A DNA stretch of 54,768 bases from Prorocentrum cordatum (taxonomy: Eukaryota). The stretch covers positions 62,001 through 116,768 of the forward strand of contig CAUYUJ010000213.1 in assembly GCA_963575745.1 (NCBI GenBank), written 5' to 3'. A model generated the notes under the pieces. The model did no database searches. It was not told where the DNA came from and saw only the letters and a program-made list of their open reading frames with translations. Positions within the stretch are counted from its first letter, which is position 1, and each line of letters opens with the position of its first letter. The translations under genes were made by a program, and so were the position numbers. Positions 11,930-25,816 of this stretch are shown one piece after another.

Positions 11930-13638
11930 CGGGGCGCGGGTGCTGCCGTGTGCGCCCGCTGCGGGGTGGGCATGCTCCACGACGGTGTCCACCCGTTCGG
12001 GAGCGGCCCGCGCGCCGACGCAGCCGCGCGCGATGCCGCCGCCGGCACCTCCTGGGCGGGGGGTGCCTCCGACGAAATCTCGGCCGCCGTGCGCGCAGGC
12101 GGCGACGCGGACGCGGGCATGGCGGTCGCAGGGGCGCTGGCGCGCGAGGCGCAGGTGGCCCAGGACCTGGGCGCGACAGCAGAGTAGGGGGGAAGAGACA
12201 AGATATCCGTTAGCGGCCAGTGGTTGCTCCAACTGACATGTCGTCGTCGCGGACTGTTACGCCCTGTTGAGCTGTCCGGCAGTGTCAGATGGTCGGAGTT
12301 TACATAGACGGTTATGCTTGCGCTGAGCCGGTTTGCTGGCCAGTGCCGGCGAGTACCCAATCGTTGCCGAGCACGAAGAAAGGGGGAGCTGCGGCTGAGG
12401 AGATGGAGGGAGGGGAACTAAAAGGATGATGCTATGGAGGCGGAGCAGGAGGCGAAGGAGGAGCAGGAGGAGGAGGAGGAGGAGGAGGAGGAGGAGGAGG
12501 CTGCGAGGCGGAATGGGAGTCGGAGGGGAAGGATGTACCGTGTGAGGGGGGAAGGAAGAGGCCGAAAACTAGGAGGCGGGGGTAGGATTAGGATGACTAG
12601 GCTGAAAGCCCGCAGGGCCAGGACAAAGCACACGAGCATCCGCTCCAAGCGTCCGCGGACGGTTTATCTGCCCTCGGGGAAGCGAGCCATAAAATGTTGC
12701 AAGCAGTGAGAGTTGGCTAGTAGGGGTTGGACGTGGGGCTGTCTTGTGGTTTCCTGGGTGCCGTTTCGGATCTCTGGATTGCAGCTGTGCCTCGCAAGGG
12801 GTCTCTGGGGGCAGTGTTTGGCGTCCCCTGGAAGGAAGGTAGCCCTCCTTCCGATTCGTTTTTCCGGCTCCTTCCCCCCATGCACATTCCATGCGATTCT
12901 TTCTCTACGCTGTCGTCCTCCCGCCTTCGTCCGCCTCCCCCCGTCCTCCCACCTTCATCCTCCTGTCCCTCCGCCTTCTCATGTTCCCCGTCTCGCTCGT
13001 TCTCTCCCGCGGCAGTAGCACCATGTGAGTATATCGCTGTGTTCCCTCTCCCCCGAAGACGGCCTGAAAGCCGCGGGCCCACCTGTGCGTACCGTGTTTT
13101 TCTGCATGTGGCGGGCCCGATGTGTGTTTCGTTTGTTCGTGTGCGCCTTTTCCACTCCAGACGAGTTCGGTCCTTACACGCATTTTGCTCTCGCCGCACT
13201 GTGGGCCCAGTTTTCGGATCTCGGGTCAGGGCTTTTGTTTTGTTCCCGTCGTTAAAGGATGGCGTTTCTCTCTCTCCACTGCGGGCCGCTTTTCTGGATC
13301 CGTGTCCTTCCACCTCCGTGTCGCCCCCCTCCGTTCCCCTCCTGTGCCTTCCCCACGTACTCCTGCTCCTCACGCTCCTTCCAGTCCAGTTCGTGCTGTT
13401 GCTGTACGTCCTTGTCCTCGTCCGTTCTCGACCTCCTGTGCATCCTCTTTACGCAGCTCCGCTTTTCCAACTGCGCATGAAACGTTGGGGTCTTTTTGGG
13501 ACTCCAGGGCCGGTATGACACGCGTCTGCGTCAGCACAGTGTGACGGGATGTGTGGGGAACGCGATCGCACCTAGTTTGTTCCACGTCCCCTCCTCCCCT
13601 CCCCTCCAGATCGCTGTTCTGTCAGACGGGGACGGCAG

Positions 13639-13689
13639 GTCATCGACAAGGGTGACGGAGATGGCATCGACTTGGACATGGACGTGTTG
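13639..13689 (+). CDS. Exon of host membrane-protein gene (VIDKGDGDGIDLDMDVL)
   Basis: CAG|G acceptor, G|GT donor, phase 0; 3' boundary uncertain. Confidence 0.55.
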
Positions 13690-14589
13690 GTGATCCTTTG
13701 CGAACCCTTCCTGATGGGGGCATGAAGTTGGAGGATGAGGGGAATGGTTCCCAGACTGTCGAGGTTCGATGTTTCGGGCTTTCTGATGGGCTTCAACTTT
13801 TTTAGGCGGCAGCATTCGCCTCGATGATCTGGCCAGCACGCATTCTATGTTAGTCAGGCCATTGCCTTGGAGGCCCAGGAGGAGGAAGTATGAGAGGGAA
13901 GGGGATGGTGAGGAGGAGGCGGGGGAACGGTACGAGAGTACCTCGCGCTCGCGAATGTCTGAATACACATCTTGAGGGGCTCTCGAGTCGATTGTTCGCC
14001 AGGCAAGAGGAGTGATGAGCAGGGAGAGGAGGGAGAAGGAAGAATGAGGAGCAGGACGGGTGGCGGAGTTTTATTTCGTATTATTTCTGAAGTCCCAAAG
14101 TTCCAAGAGTTTTGAGTTGGCGGGGTGATGCGGCCTTCGGGAGATCGATGGAGTACCAGGATCAAAAAGGGGACACGATGAGAAGGAGGATGGATGGTGC
14201 AGACGAGGATGGAGATGGAGGGAGCAGTCGGTGATGCGGCGCTTCTCCGCCACCCCAGCTCCTCTCTCTTCTTGTATCGCCTCCTGATTCTCCACATTTC
14301 GTTTTCCGATTTTGCAGAGGCCCTATCGGCACCATCGCGTCCCAGCGCGCGGAGAAACATGGGGAGGATCGAGAAGGAGGAGGAGGAGGAGGAGGAGTCG
14401 TGACCAGAGTAACACCGAGCTGCATCAGTGATACCGCGACGCACCCTCCCGTCCCCAAAGTCCCTACAAGCTTCTCCTCATACTACAAAGGGTGCCCAGG
14501 TGAACGACCACTACCCTATGTCTGATGCTGGCCAATCTTGATCGATCTTGTTTGGAGCGGCTGGTTGTGGTTGTCTGGATTATAATAGA

Positions 14590-14742
14590 CATGATAATGC
14601 TGGTCAGTATGGTGATGGCGATGGCGATGGCGATGATGGCCCTGCTGATGATGATGACGATGCTGATGATGCTGTGATGATGATGGTGCTGATGATTGTG
14701 ATGGTGCTGATGCTGATGCTGATGCTGATGCTGCTGCTGCTT

Positions 14743-14796
<54 letters not shown>

Positions 14797-14930
14797 GGAA
14801 GTGTAATGGTAATGGTTCATGTAATGGTAATGGTGGTGATGGTGGTGGCGGTGATGCTAGTGATGACGGTGACAGTGATGATGACGATGATAATAATGAT
14901 GATGATGTTGATGTTGATGATGACGATTCC
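14590..14930. repeat. (GAT)n microsatellite region
   Basis: Direct inspection. Confidence 0.9.
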
Positions 14931-15471
14931 GATTTTATTACGAGACGAACCTCTGACGAACGTCGGACACTTGGTGTGAGGAAATGACGAAATAACACAA
15001 ACTCGCTGGTAGCTGACTTCAACACCTGAACCCTGAATGCTGTGTGTTTTCAAAATTATGGAAGCTAAACATCGTTCATAATGTGGCATCATGGTTTTGT
15101 TCATGTGTCCTACGAGCGCCCATGGGTCCGACAAGACTGGCGCAGCGCCGCACTCGTAGTGAATGTCAATCGAGTCTCGTTCATGATTTCGTCGCAGTTG
15201 CTCCAGGAACCGTTTGAGGTGGGACGCCATGGGACGTCCTAGCTCCGTTTTGCAGGGGGTGCAGCGTGGGCAAAGCGGACGATGGAGGAGCAATCGCGGA
15301 CCTTCGTCGCCGCCGCCAGGACCGTCTTCCAGCCGTGGTGGCGAGGGCCACCACGAGGCCAGGACCGAACGGCACGCTTCCGAATCCCTCCTCGTCGTCG
15401 GCTCGGCGCCGACGCATCGTCCTCGTGGGCCGCCCGCGCCGTCCGCGAGCCCCCCCTTGCGCGGCGCCGAG

Positions 15472-15531
15472 GGCGACCACGACAGTCAAGATCAGCCCGA
15501 GCACTTCCGGGTGCTCCAGGAGAAGCAGGAG
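15472..15531 (+). CDS. Exon of host membrane-protein gene (GDHDSQDQPEHFRVLQEKQE)
   Basis: GAG|GA donor sharing AG|GAC with the next acceptor; 5' boundary uncertain (15472 or 15496). Confidence 0.6.
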
Positions 15532-16129
15532 GACCGGCCCCGTCCACCTCGCCACCTCGCTATGGAGCAAGCGGCACACGAGGGACCTTCTCCGCCTCCT
15601 CCGCCGCCTCCTCCTCCTCCTCCTCCTCCTCCTCCTCCTCCTCCTCCTCCTCCTCCTCCCCCTCCTCCACCTCGCCATGGAGCAAGCGGCACACGAGGGA
15701 CCTTCTCCTCCTCCTCCGCCTCCTTCTTCTCCTCCTCCTTCTCCTCCTCCTCCTCCTCCTCGTCCTCGTCCTCCTCCTCCTCCTCCTCCAGGAGGGGGCT
15801 CTGAGGTCTCTCGCCGTGGGAGGAGCGGCACCGCCCTCCCCTCCCCCTCGCCGTGGGGCAGACGGGGCCCGAGGGAGAGAGGGGCACTTCAGGAGGACAA
15901 AGAGACACAGGCACAGCTGAACGACGGCTTCCCCTCCTCCTCCTCCTCCTCCTCCTCCTCCTCCTCCTCCTCCTCCTCCTCCTCCTCCTCCTCCTCCTCC
16001 TCTCTCCTCCTCTCTCCTCCTCTCTCGTCCTCCTCCTCCGCCTCCTCCTCCTCCTCTTCCTCCTCCTCTCTCCTGCTCCTCCTCCTCCTCCTCCTCCTCC
16101 TCCTCCTCCTTCTCCTCCCTTCCCCAGCT

Positions 16130-16920
16130 GAACGGGGGCCGTGGGCGGAGGTCCCCGAGAGGCCACGCACCATGTGAGGGGTGCGCCGGAATGTGCGAGC
16201 GGGGCCGTGGGTTGAGCTTCGCATGAGCTCACGAGCCGTGTCAGGAGTGTGTGTCGACATGGGGGGCGTCGGGGCCACACAGGCGCCCGCACAATGTCGG
16301 TGGGTCAACGACCCTCCCCCCTGGAGGGCCATGGAACGTGTGAGGGTCGTGCCGGGGTTGGGGCGTCGGGGCCATAGTGGCGCCTTCATTGGGTCTGCAG
16401 CTGAAGCGTCTTTATTGAAGGCGCTATGAAGCGTGGGAGCCAGAAGTCCACGACACTCGGATAGCACAGCGCAGGCATGGAAGACCACGCCAGCGGTGGT
16501 GCGACGACACATCACAATTTGTACAAAGTCGAATTGGGGGCATCACTCAACATTGGCTGGACTATGCATGTGATTAGATACTTTGGGGCAGTTGGGAAGA
16601 CGACTTCTCAAGGCCCACCCACGCTGCTCCTAAGGGGCCCGCCGGCCGGCCGGCGGACTCAGCGCGCTCCGCTCCGCTCCGCTATGAAGCGTGTGAGGGA
16701 TGTGCCGAAGTGGGGACGGCGGTGCCAACAGGCGCCGTCACTGGGGCCGCAGGTGGAATTCCCAGTGGGGCCACGAAACGTGTCAGGGGTGTGCCGTAGT
16801 TGGTCGGTGGCGTCATGCGAGCGCCCTCACGAGGGCCGTCGGTAGAGCTCCCAGTGGGGCCACGGAACGTGTGAGGGCTGTGCCGAAGTGGGGCGGCGGC
16901 GCCGTTTGGGCGCCTTCGCG
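16130..16920 (+). repeat. Degenerate GGGGCCACGAAACGTGTGAGGGGTGTGCCGAA-type iterated repeat
   Basis: Motif recurs about six times. Confidence 0.65.
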
Positions 16921-17156
16921 TGGGTCGTCATGTTTCGACCCTCTTTCGACAATTTTCCGGGTGCTCGCAAATCTTTCTGGGATGTGGCTCCTGAGTACGA
17001 TGGGAACAACGTAAAAGTAGGCCCGAGCTGGAGGCTGGGGATGTCTCGAGCGAGAGGGGGGACCACACCAGCAGGGAGACCTCCCTTTGTCCTCGCATCT
17101 CCTCGCCCTGTTGGTGCTGGTGTCGCCTTTCCTTGTCCCTCCCTCACTCCGCCCCA

Positions 17157-17372
17157 GGCCAGCCTTAAGGCGGGCCTGTCCCCCTACAGGGGGATTGTCG
17201 ATGAAAAATACAAAATATTCAAAAATAGTTTTTAAAAAGTGTCCAAAAATAGTCGGGGGATTATTTTTTATTACTTTTTGACTTTTTTGGGGCATGTTTG
17301 GGGTATTTTTAATTTTTCGTCGAAGATCTCCCTGTAGGGTGTAGGGGGACACGCCCGACATAAGGCCAGCCG
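17157..17372. mobile_element. Fold-back MITE-like element with AT-rich interior
   Basis: Imperfect ~55-bp inverted ends built on TGTCCCCCTACA / TGTAGGGGGACA. Confidence 0.55.
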
Positions 17373-18717
17373 GCTCGCCGCCCACCGGAGACGGGTCGCG
17401 GCGCCCCCGCCTTTTGGGGGCCTCCCGGGGGGCCTGTCTCTGGGGGGCCCTCGCGTGGCAGCGTGCGCCAGCACGCGGGGGCAGCCTCGGACCGCGCCAG
17501 GGCCTCGGCATTGCGGGCCCCTCTTTGCCCACGGCAGGGCTGGACCTACACGGTGCTCCTGGCGATCTCGTGGGCCGTTTTTTCGTTTCGGCTTCGCTTT
17601 TTGCGGCACGGGCGGACTCGAGACAACAAAGCGAGGGACAGCGAAACCGAAGCGAAAACGAAAATCACCGTTCAGGTTCAGCTCTAGTTCATAGCATGTG
17701 TCTAGTTTCTGCGCAGAGGGCCTTCGGGGAACCGGAGCTCACTTCGACTCTTCCGATTCGTTCTTGGTTTGAGTTCGATGGCTTCCGATTCCGATCCCAT
17801 TCGGCTTCGGATTCCAATTCGGAATCTGGGTTCATCGGAGGCATTAGTGACCTTCGATTCCCGCCGATTCGACGCCGATTCGTTTTTTCTCAATTTGGCT
17901 GCCGTTCTCCGCCGATCCGATTCATTTCGATCGCCGATTCGACTCATCGAGTCGATTTTGGGTTCTCCTGGGGACCTGAAGGCACTGCATACGAACTGCG
18001 CTGCGAAGTCGCGCGCGCGAAGTGCCACACCAAGGTCGGCCCAATGTCGTGCGCACGAGAACCATTGCGGTGTTCTAGTTTTCTGGGACGTTCGCAGGCG
18101 GTGTCGGGCGCCCGCGAGCTACTCTTGGTAATCAATTTCGGTCCTTCCTCACACAGCCAACTTGGGCGTCAAATTCTGTTCAACTTTGTTCGTCATTTGT
18201 TTGCAATCAGGAAGGGGCGACATTTGTCGCCGCCTCCATCCTTCCCCCCACCCGTCTATCTCCATCCTCCTGATCATCCTCATTTTTCCTGTTCTTCGTC
18301 GCGAGCGTCGCCACTTGTCCCCGCCACCAGGTTCTGGTAACGCTGATGGCTGATGGTCGCAGTGACGATGGTTCGCCTGGTTGCGACAATTCATGCGATG
18401 CCGTAAAGCTCAACGGCCACGCCGACGGCGGCGCGCCATGGGTTTGCATTCCACCGTGGCCTCGAGGTGGACGGCCAGGGCATTTCGCGCCCCACTCCGT
18501 GTTGGGGATAGTCTCCAAGGCATCGGCCTCTGCGATAGTATTAGTATGTGGCTGTGGTTGCGGGTTTTGTTTGCTGACGCCGTTCTGTGGAATGGAGGGT
18601 CAATGCTGCCAGCGTTCCTGGCCACTCTCAGCAGGGGAGCGTGGGGAACGGTTGACGCAAAGGCGTGGGCCCTGTCGTATGTCTCTTGATCGGTCCACTT
18701 GCGACCCGCCCATGCAG

Positions 18718-18786
18718 GACTGGTACAACTACGACATCTATGCCCGCGTCTGCATGCTCTACGGATCCTGCCACTTCCTGTATGCG
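18718..18786 (+). CDS. Exon of host membrane-protein gene (DWYNYDIYARVCMLYGSCHFLYA)
   Basis: CAG|G acceptor, G|GT donor, strong C-ending codon bias, 23 whole codons. Confidence 0.75.
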
Positions 18787-18903
18787 GTGGCAGCGCGCGG
18801 GATAACCCCCTGGCCAAGCACCGCAGGGCCAGCAGCAGGGGGGACCAGCAGGCAGACGGGGCCACCCACAGGCCGGGCGCGGGTCGTGGGCGTCCCAGAG
18901 ACT

Positions 18904-19042
18904 TGGCATCGCTCGGACGTGTGCGATTTTCCTTCGGCGAGGACCATCGAGGAGCATCCTTGATCATTTGGCGAAAAAAACACGCACCATTTGACGAAAA
19001 AACAAAAGAAAACACAGGAAATGGACGTCCAAGCGATGGCCA
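18904..19042 (+). mobile_element. MITE-like family A copy 2
   Basis: Same ends and core as 2968-3099. Confidence 0.75.
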
Positions 19043-22000
19043 GGAGGGGGGTGAGGGTTGGTGGGGAGGGTGATAGCATGGTCTGAGCCATGACATCTCC
19101 CCAGATTTCAAAAACACGTGTGGGACCCGTACCCCCCTGAACCCGACATTTGGGTCTTCGGGTTAGCTTGGGGTGGTCTGGCAGGTAGTGAGCTCCGGAC
19201 CTCTTTCGAGTGCCACGAGCGTCGATTCGCGCTTAGTGGGGGGGCGTCGCTTCACGGGGGCGGCGATAATTGGTGGGGGAGAACGGTGCACCTTTCGGGC
19301 CCTGGAGGCCACCCCATGTCTCACGGCCTGTGTCTCGCGGCCCAGCAGATCCGGACCCGTTAGAGTGCCAATAGCGTCGATTCGCTTTTAGTAGTCGATG
19401 AGAATACGCCGATTCAGCACAGATCTGCGCCGATTCAGCTTCGATGTGCGTCGATTCGCAGGAGCCAACAAAGCGGTATGGGAGGCTCCGATGGATGTCG
19501 CAGAAGATGATTGCCAGATCAACCGTTCTTTTATCCAGTTTCGGGCTCCAGGAACCTCACATATCGATCTGGCTCGAAAAGTGGAGCAGAAAGATGGTTC
19601 GGGGCTCCAGTCATGATTTTTCGCGATGTCGAAGTTTACTCGCAACGCCAGATCAGAGGGGAGAACGCTTTTTTTGTTCACCCTCTGGGCCATAACGCTC
19701 GTGATGCTCCCCGGATAGCATAACGCTCCCCCCCCCAGTGCGTCCCTGGCACTGCCGCAAGTGCGTCCGTCATCATAGGTCAGGGGCGGCAAAGAGGGGG
19801 GTGATGACTAGGGGGGGGTGGATGTCATGGCGGGTGCCATGATAGTTCCCCTGATTTATGGCGCCTCTTCTTGTTTAATTACGTCCCTGGCCACCCCCCC
19901 TGGGCCGCGCACATGCATGCCGCTGGCCATGATTTGCGCCCCCCCCCTCTTTGACGCCCCCCTCTTGGCCGCCCCCGAGTAGGGTGGGGGGGGCCCTCCC
20001 CCCCACAACGCCGCTTATCACCGTGAGTCAAACATTCTGCAATGGGAAGGGACAGGGTACAGGATGGGGAGGGACGGAGGCGGGTGAGGGAGAGTCAGTC
20101 AGGCCCCCAGAGACCAGGACACAGATAAACCAGGACACGGAAAACCAAGGAAACGACATCCTTTCCTGCAAAGTTACGTTTTTCAGCACCCGTGCATGCT
20201 TTGTTTGCTGCACTGCAGGATTCGGGATTGTGTCCAGGGTTAGGGGGTTCTTGCAGGCTTTTGAGGTCTGTGTCCGGGTTTATTATGGAAATGCTGCAGT
20301 ACAGTATGTTGTTCGTGCCGCCGTATGGAAAAACTGGTTTCGAGGGATGTTGGGTGTCCAGGTCTAGCGTGTCCGGGTCTACGGGGCCCTGAGTCAGGAG
20401 GAGGAGGAGGAGGAGGAGGGAGGAGGAGGAGGAGGAGGAGTGAGGAGGAGGAGAAAACTAATGCTGCCATACTGCCCGCCTCGACACGGCCTCCTACCTG
20501 CCGTGTCGGCCGTTGCTGCCTGCACCCGCTTTCATTCTCGCTATCATGCTGTGGACGCGGAAGCCACGGCCTGCGGTCGGGCTGCTTTCAGCTCCGTTCG
20601 GCGGCGAAAATCAAACCCTACACTCGCCGACCAACGATTCAGGCAACTCGATGGGCGGCGGGGTTAGTGTTCGGAATTCGTCGAACCCACGGAGAAGCCC
20701 GAACCCTGTCCTCCCCGCCCTCCATCGATCCAGGGAAATCGATGGTCGGCGGGGGTAGGGCTCTGATGTCACTACCCAGCGAGGAGAATGTCCTCTTCCT
20801 CGGCGCGCGCCCGTGTCACAGCCCCCCGGGGCCACCACTGCCCGTGCTGTGGTGGCCCACCCAACCTCCCTATTGCCCGAGGCGTGGTCTCATCCGTACA
20901 GTGCCGTTTTTACTACATGCTCCGCGTGCGGATCATGTATGACAAAATGCAGGGATTCAGTCTTACAAACAACGATAAGTTCATGCATACATTTATTCAT
21001 GAACTCATCATGTATTAAACATCCCATATGTTTGAACATCCCATGTATGAAAAAAACTGCCCTGTACGGAATCCCGGCCAAGCTCCCGAGGCTTCTGGAA
21101 GCGTCCCGCGGGGCGCCCCGAGAGCCGCCTGGAGCGTCCCAGGACATGCGCCCATCGGGCTTCTGGGCCCCCTCACAGAGCGTTCACGGGGCCCTTCCCG
21201 GGCCCGGGTACCGTCAAAAACAAGGGCTCGGTATGAAGAACCTGGGTGGCCACATGTCAGCCCTGACCCCCACCCCCCCCGAATTCGAAGGGGGGGTCAC
21301 TTCTTTCAGGAGCTCCCGAGCGGAGTGAACCTTCCACCCCCCCCTTGAAATCGTTCGGGGTTGGGGTAGGGTTCAAATGTGGCCACCTAAAACGGGTCCC
21401 GGGGAAGGGTCCAGACATCGGGGGGTCGACGTTGCGAAACAAACGCGATGTCGGGGGGCTTGGTACGGCACCGCTCAAAGAAGCAAGCACGGCAGACATG
21501 TATAAACGTTCGGCGATCCGCGAGGATTTCTAGGATTTGCGTTGGACTCCCCTGGCGGCGCCTCTGGCGCCGCCCCTGGCGCGCTCCGCGCGACAGGGCG
21601 GGGGGCTCAGCGTAGATCCAAGAAATCAGCGTCGAGCTCCGACAGTTCACATGTATGCCGTATTGCGGTGGTTATCATGCGGCGGAAGGCCAAGCATGTG
21701 TTGTGTCGATGTCATACGCCACTCGACGTCCAGGGGTCCCTCGAGTCTACAGTATGATCAGCAATGTAGGCCGATCTGCACAAGGACCGAGTACAGTCTT
21801 CATAGCCGGGCATGTTGCGTAGGAGTTCGTCTGGCTCGCGCTTGTTTCCAATCGCCAGATTCATCCGGGCTGGATTTGGCAAGGTCTCCAGGCGCGCCAT
21901 GGCGTCAAGCATTTCGGGCAGCAGGATGGGGGCTGTGACAGTCAAAGGAGGGAGGAGAGAGAGGGAGGAAGGATGAGCAGAGAGTCGGGAGAGGGGGAGG

Positions 22001-22067
22001 AGGACGGAGGGTCGGGGAGGAGGCATGCACAGGCAGGAGGGAGGGACAAGGCAGGAGGAGGCTGGCC

Positions 22068-22190
22068 TGGCATCGCTCGGACGTGTGCTTTCTCGGCGAG
22101 GACCATCGAGGACCATCCTGGACCAGCGAGCAACAACACCACGCGCGAAACCGAACAATGCACGGGAAATGGACGTCCGTGCGACGGCAA
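22068..22190 (+). mobile_element. MITE-like family A copy 3
   Basis: Same ends and core. Confidence 0.75.
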
Positions 22191-22594
22191 GCTGGAGAGT
22201 GAGGGAAGCACGAGGAGGCGGGACGAGGCGGGACGAGGGCTGATGCAGGAGGGCGAAGGGAAGCACCACCACAGAGCCAAGCATCCGGAAGGACGCGCGG
22301 GCAGAAGAGCGCGCAATTGGCAGCCATTCGGAAATTATTGAAAGAGGCACGGAAAACAAAGCGCCACACGATTGTGAAGCAGAAAACAGAAGCGCCCGAC
22401 TGTAAGACGGGGAGGAGGAGGAAGAGGAGGAAGAGGGGATCCTGCCTGGATGTAACATGTAAAGGGGGTGGGGTCTCCATGGGCGCCGCCATGGAAGCCA
22501 TACGCACGTGTGGCGGCAGGAGACACACGAGACATGCGAACGCAGCAAGCCTGATAAGGGGGAGCCCCTGAGCACCACGCTCGGCGCAGCCCAG

Positions 22595-22684
22595 GTGACC
22601 TACTACTCGATCGGCACCACCATCTGCGAGCTGCGCGGATTCTGGATCATGTGGTCCCTGCCGATGCTCTTCATGACCGCGCAG
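22595..22684 (+). CDS. Exon of host membrane-protein gene (VTYYSIGTTICELRGFWIMWSLPMLFMTAQ)
   Basis: CAG|G acceptor, CAG|GC donor, hydrophobic TM-like segment in frame with the previous exon. Confidence 0.75.
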
Positions 22685-25600
22685 GCGCGGGGACTGGACG
22701 GCGGCTGTGCTCGAGCTGCTTTCCCCGTCGTCATCCGCCATCGTCGTCAGCAGCCCCCCCGTCTCGTCCTGTCTTCCTCTCGCCCCCCTCCCCTTCTCTC
22801 CCTCTCCCCCATCTCTCCCCCATCTCTCTCTCCCTCTCTCTCTCTCTCTCGCTTCCCCCTCCCCTCTACCGCCCCCTTCTTCCTTGCTTCCCCCTCCCGT
22901 TGCTGCCCCCCCTCTCCACGTCTATCCTCCCCCTCTCCCCCGTCGGCCCGCGGAAGAGGAGGAGGACCTGAGGAGGGGGAGCCGCAGGATGTCTGGGGGA
23001 GCCATGTCGTAGCCCTCCAGGAGACGCATCACTCGGAGGATGCCAAGGCCTTGCGGAGTCAGTCCTGTCTACGTCTGGGCCCACTCCGTCTGGACTCGGC
23101 CTCTCCTGATAGGATGCGAGGTCCGCACGGAGTGCTCAGCATCCGTCTGGGATCTGTCCCGCCTGGACTCGGCCTTTCTTGACACTCGGACCCGCGCTCC
23201 CGGGCTCCTCTGCTGCCCCGCAGCATTCCTCGGCTCAGGGGCTGCGGTTCCATTGGTCGGCTGCCCCCCGTCTGCCGGCCCCCCTCCCCCCCCCCCCGAG
23301 CCCCCCTCCTCCGATGTGCCTCCCGAGCAGCCCCGCCGGGCGGCCCGAGAAGCGCCCGCGCTGCGGCCCGGCGCCGGGCGGCCAGGAGCCGGGGCTTCCG
23401 AAACGGTGGAGCTTTGGTCCTCCTCCGCCTGCTCTTCCTCTTCCTCCTCTCCTCCTCTTCCTCCTCCTCTCCTCCTCCTCCTCCTCCTCCTCCTCCTCCT
23501 CTCCTCTTCCTCCTCTCCTCCTCCTCCTCCTCCTCCTCCTCCTCCTCCTCTCCTCCTCCTCCTCCTCCTCCTCCTCCTCCTCCTCCTCCTCCTCCTCCTC
23601 CCCCTCCCCCTCCCCTCCCTCCTTCTCCTCCTCCTCCTCCTCCTCCTCCTCCTCCTCCTCGCTGCCTGGGGAGGGGGGGGATCACTGGGGGGGGAGAAGG
23701 GTGCATTTTTCGGGCCCGGAAGGCTCCTGCTTTGGGCCCTGAGGAGCTTCTTTGGGGGCCCTCCATGGCCTCTTTTCTGCATCCCTCGCTGCCCCCCATG
23801 TAGCGCCCCCCCCTCCCATTTTCGCGACGCCCAAGAGTCGGCCACGCGTAACTAAGAGTGTCCTTTTGCTGTGGTGAGCCTTGGTGCGGGCCCACAGGGG
23901 TGGCTCCAGCACTGGCCCGCGCGCGTGAATTTGTTGCCCTTCGCGGCCACCCGAAGCCGCGCAGCACAGGTCACTCGTTGTCCAGGTGCACTCGTTGCAT
24001 GTAGCCGATGGAGGGACCTGGGCCTCCACCTTCGTGTTCGCCTCCTGTCGCCTCCTCAACCCCCCTCCTGCCTCCTTCTTCATCCGCCCCCCTCCTCCCT
24101 CATCCTCCTCCGCACCCCAGGAGGACGCGTCCTTGCAATAACCCGTGTCGCATCAACACGCCTCCTCTTGTTTCCACCTTCCGTGGGAGGTGAGGGGATC
24201 GGCATGTGGCGATTCGCTCTCATAATCGCCTCTAGTCCAGGTCAGTGAAACACGTAGACCCCGCCCCCGAGACAGCGACGTATTACCGAAACTTGGGCTC
24301 CGTAGTGCCAGTCTTGCCGGTGGGATAAGGCATGTGCTGCACAACCATCGTTATCCAATCGGGTTAGTTGGAAGAGGAGGGAGGTTGGCTGGAGGAGGGG
24401 AAGAGGGGAGGGCCGTAGGGAAATAAGACGTGTCGCTTCGATGGTTCGAAGGCTGAACCCTCCAGCTACGATGGTTCGAAGGCAGACCCTGCACCGCACA
24501 GCAGCCAACAGGCCTGAAAGCCTTGTGGAAGTCGATTAATGGAGAGGAAGCATGCTGCCAAATAATTTCCAGATGTATGAAATATGAAAGTTGTTTCAAC
24601 TATGCTTTAACTATGTTAAACGCATGCTTGAAACATGTTTGGAACATGTTGTACACATTTTAAACACAGCTGGAATTCAATTCTAGGATTGTTTGAGTGT
24701 CCATTGTCGTGGCATCCACAATGAAAGCCCAACCTCCCAGGAGGAAAAACGCCATCCCCGCGGCTCCTCAACTCGCACGCCCGCGGCCCGCGCCCAGCCC
24801 GGACGGCTCGGCGGAGGAGGGGAGGAGAGCGTCAAGCAGTGGCGACGCGTCCTGGCTCGCCTATAGCCCCAACAAGCAATGTTCTAAGAACCTGTCGTGG
24901 TTTCCACGAGATGTTCTTAGAACGTGTCTGGCGAAGTCTGGCTCGTTTTGACACATCGGGCTTATGTTCCAAGAACATTGTTGTTATTCTTAGAACATTT
25001 TGGGGTTCTAAGAACATTTCGTGGTAGGACTATAGGAATGCCGGGACGGTCGGTCCCTGCTCAAGAAAGGACGCCTTTTTTGTTGCCGTGGCTTGCCCGG
25101 CAAGCGGGGGCGGCGCAGCGACGTGTCCGAGGGCGACGGTGCTTTCAAAACGGTGCGCGAGCGCCGGCTACCACCTCAGCAGTTTTTTTCCCAATCGTCG
25201 AGCAGATCGACCATCGAGTGCTGACGGCGTCAAGACTCCCTCTTCCAGCTGTGTGCGTTGAAAGTGCTCCTGAGGCTGGCCTCCATCTTGGCTCTTGTCG
25301 CCATCTCCTTCTCCGTATCCTCTCCCCTCCTCGAGGATCTTCTCGAGGCGCGGAAGAGGCATGAGCAGTTCCCGAGCTACGACGAGCTGGTGCAGCATCA
25401 GCAACAAGAGAACCAGCGGGGATATTGCCAGAGGCCGCACCACAGACCACCTTGGCCTTGCCCTTGCCGTTCCCGATGGCCTTGCCCTTGCCCTCACCGC
25501 CCTGAAAGTGGGGCCCACCACTTGGGCCTCGGCTCTCGCGAGCTGCACGAGGGCAGCCAGATACTCCAGCAGCACCAGCAACTCCAGCAGCAGCAGTAGC

Positions 25601-25816
25601 CACGGAGACCGTGACACAGCTGCCCAGAAGTTCAAGTGCCCAGCGGACGCGAGCAGCATGCGAAGCTCTGCAGTCTCCCGCTTCGTCACGTTGAGCTCGC
25701 GCCGCAGCTCGGAGAGACCTCCGAGGCGCCCCCCACACCACCTGGAGCGGAGGTGCGGTGCGCGACGCTGACCTGGCGCAGCGCCATCAGTCACTGCACG
25801 AGACGGGCGGTGGCCT

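Noticed and set aside
7300..12400. Many overlapping R/G/A/P-rich ORFs; possible decayed retroelement
   Set aside because: No recognisable RT, integrase or other motif; ORFs are explained by extreme GC
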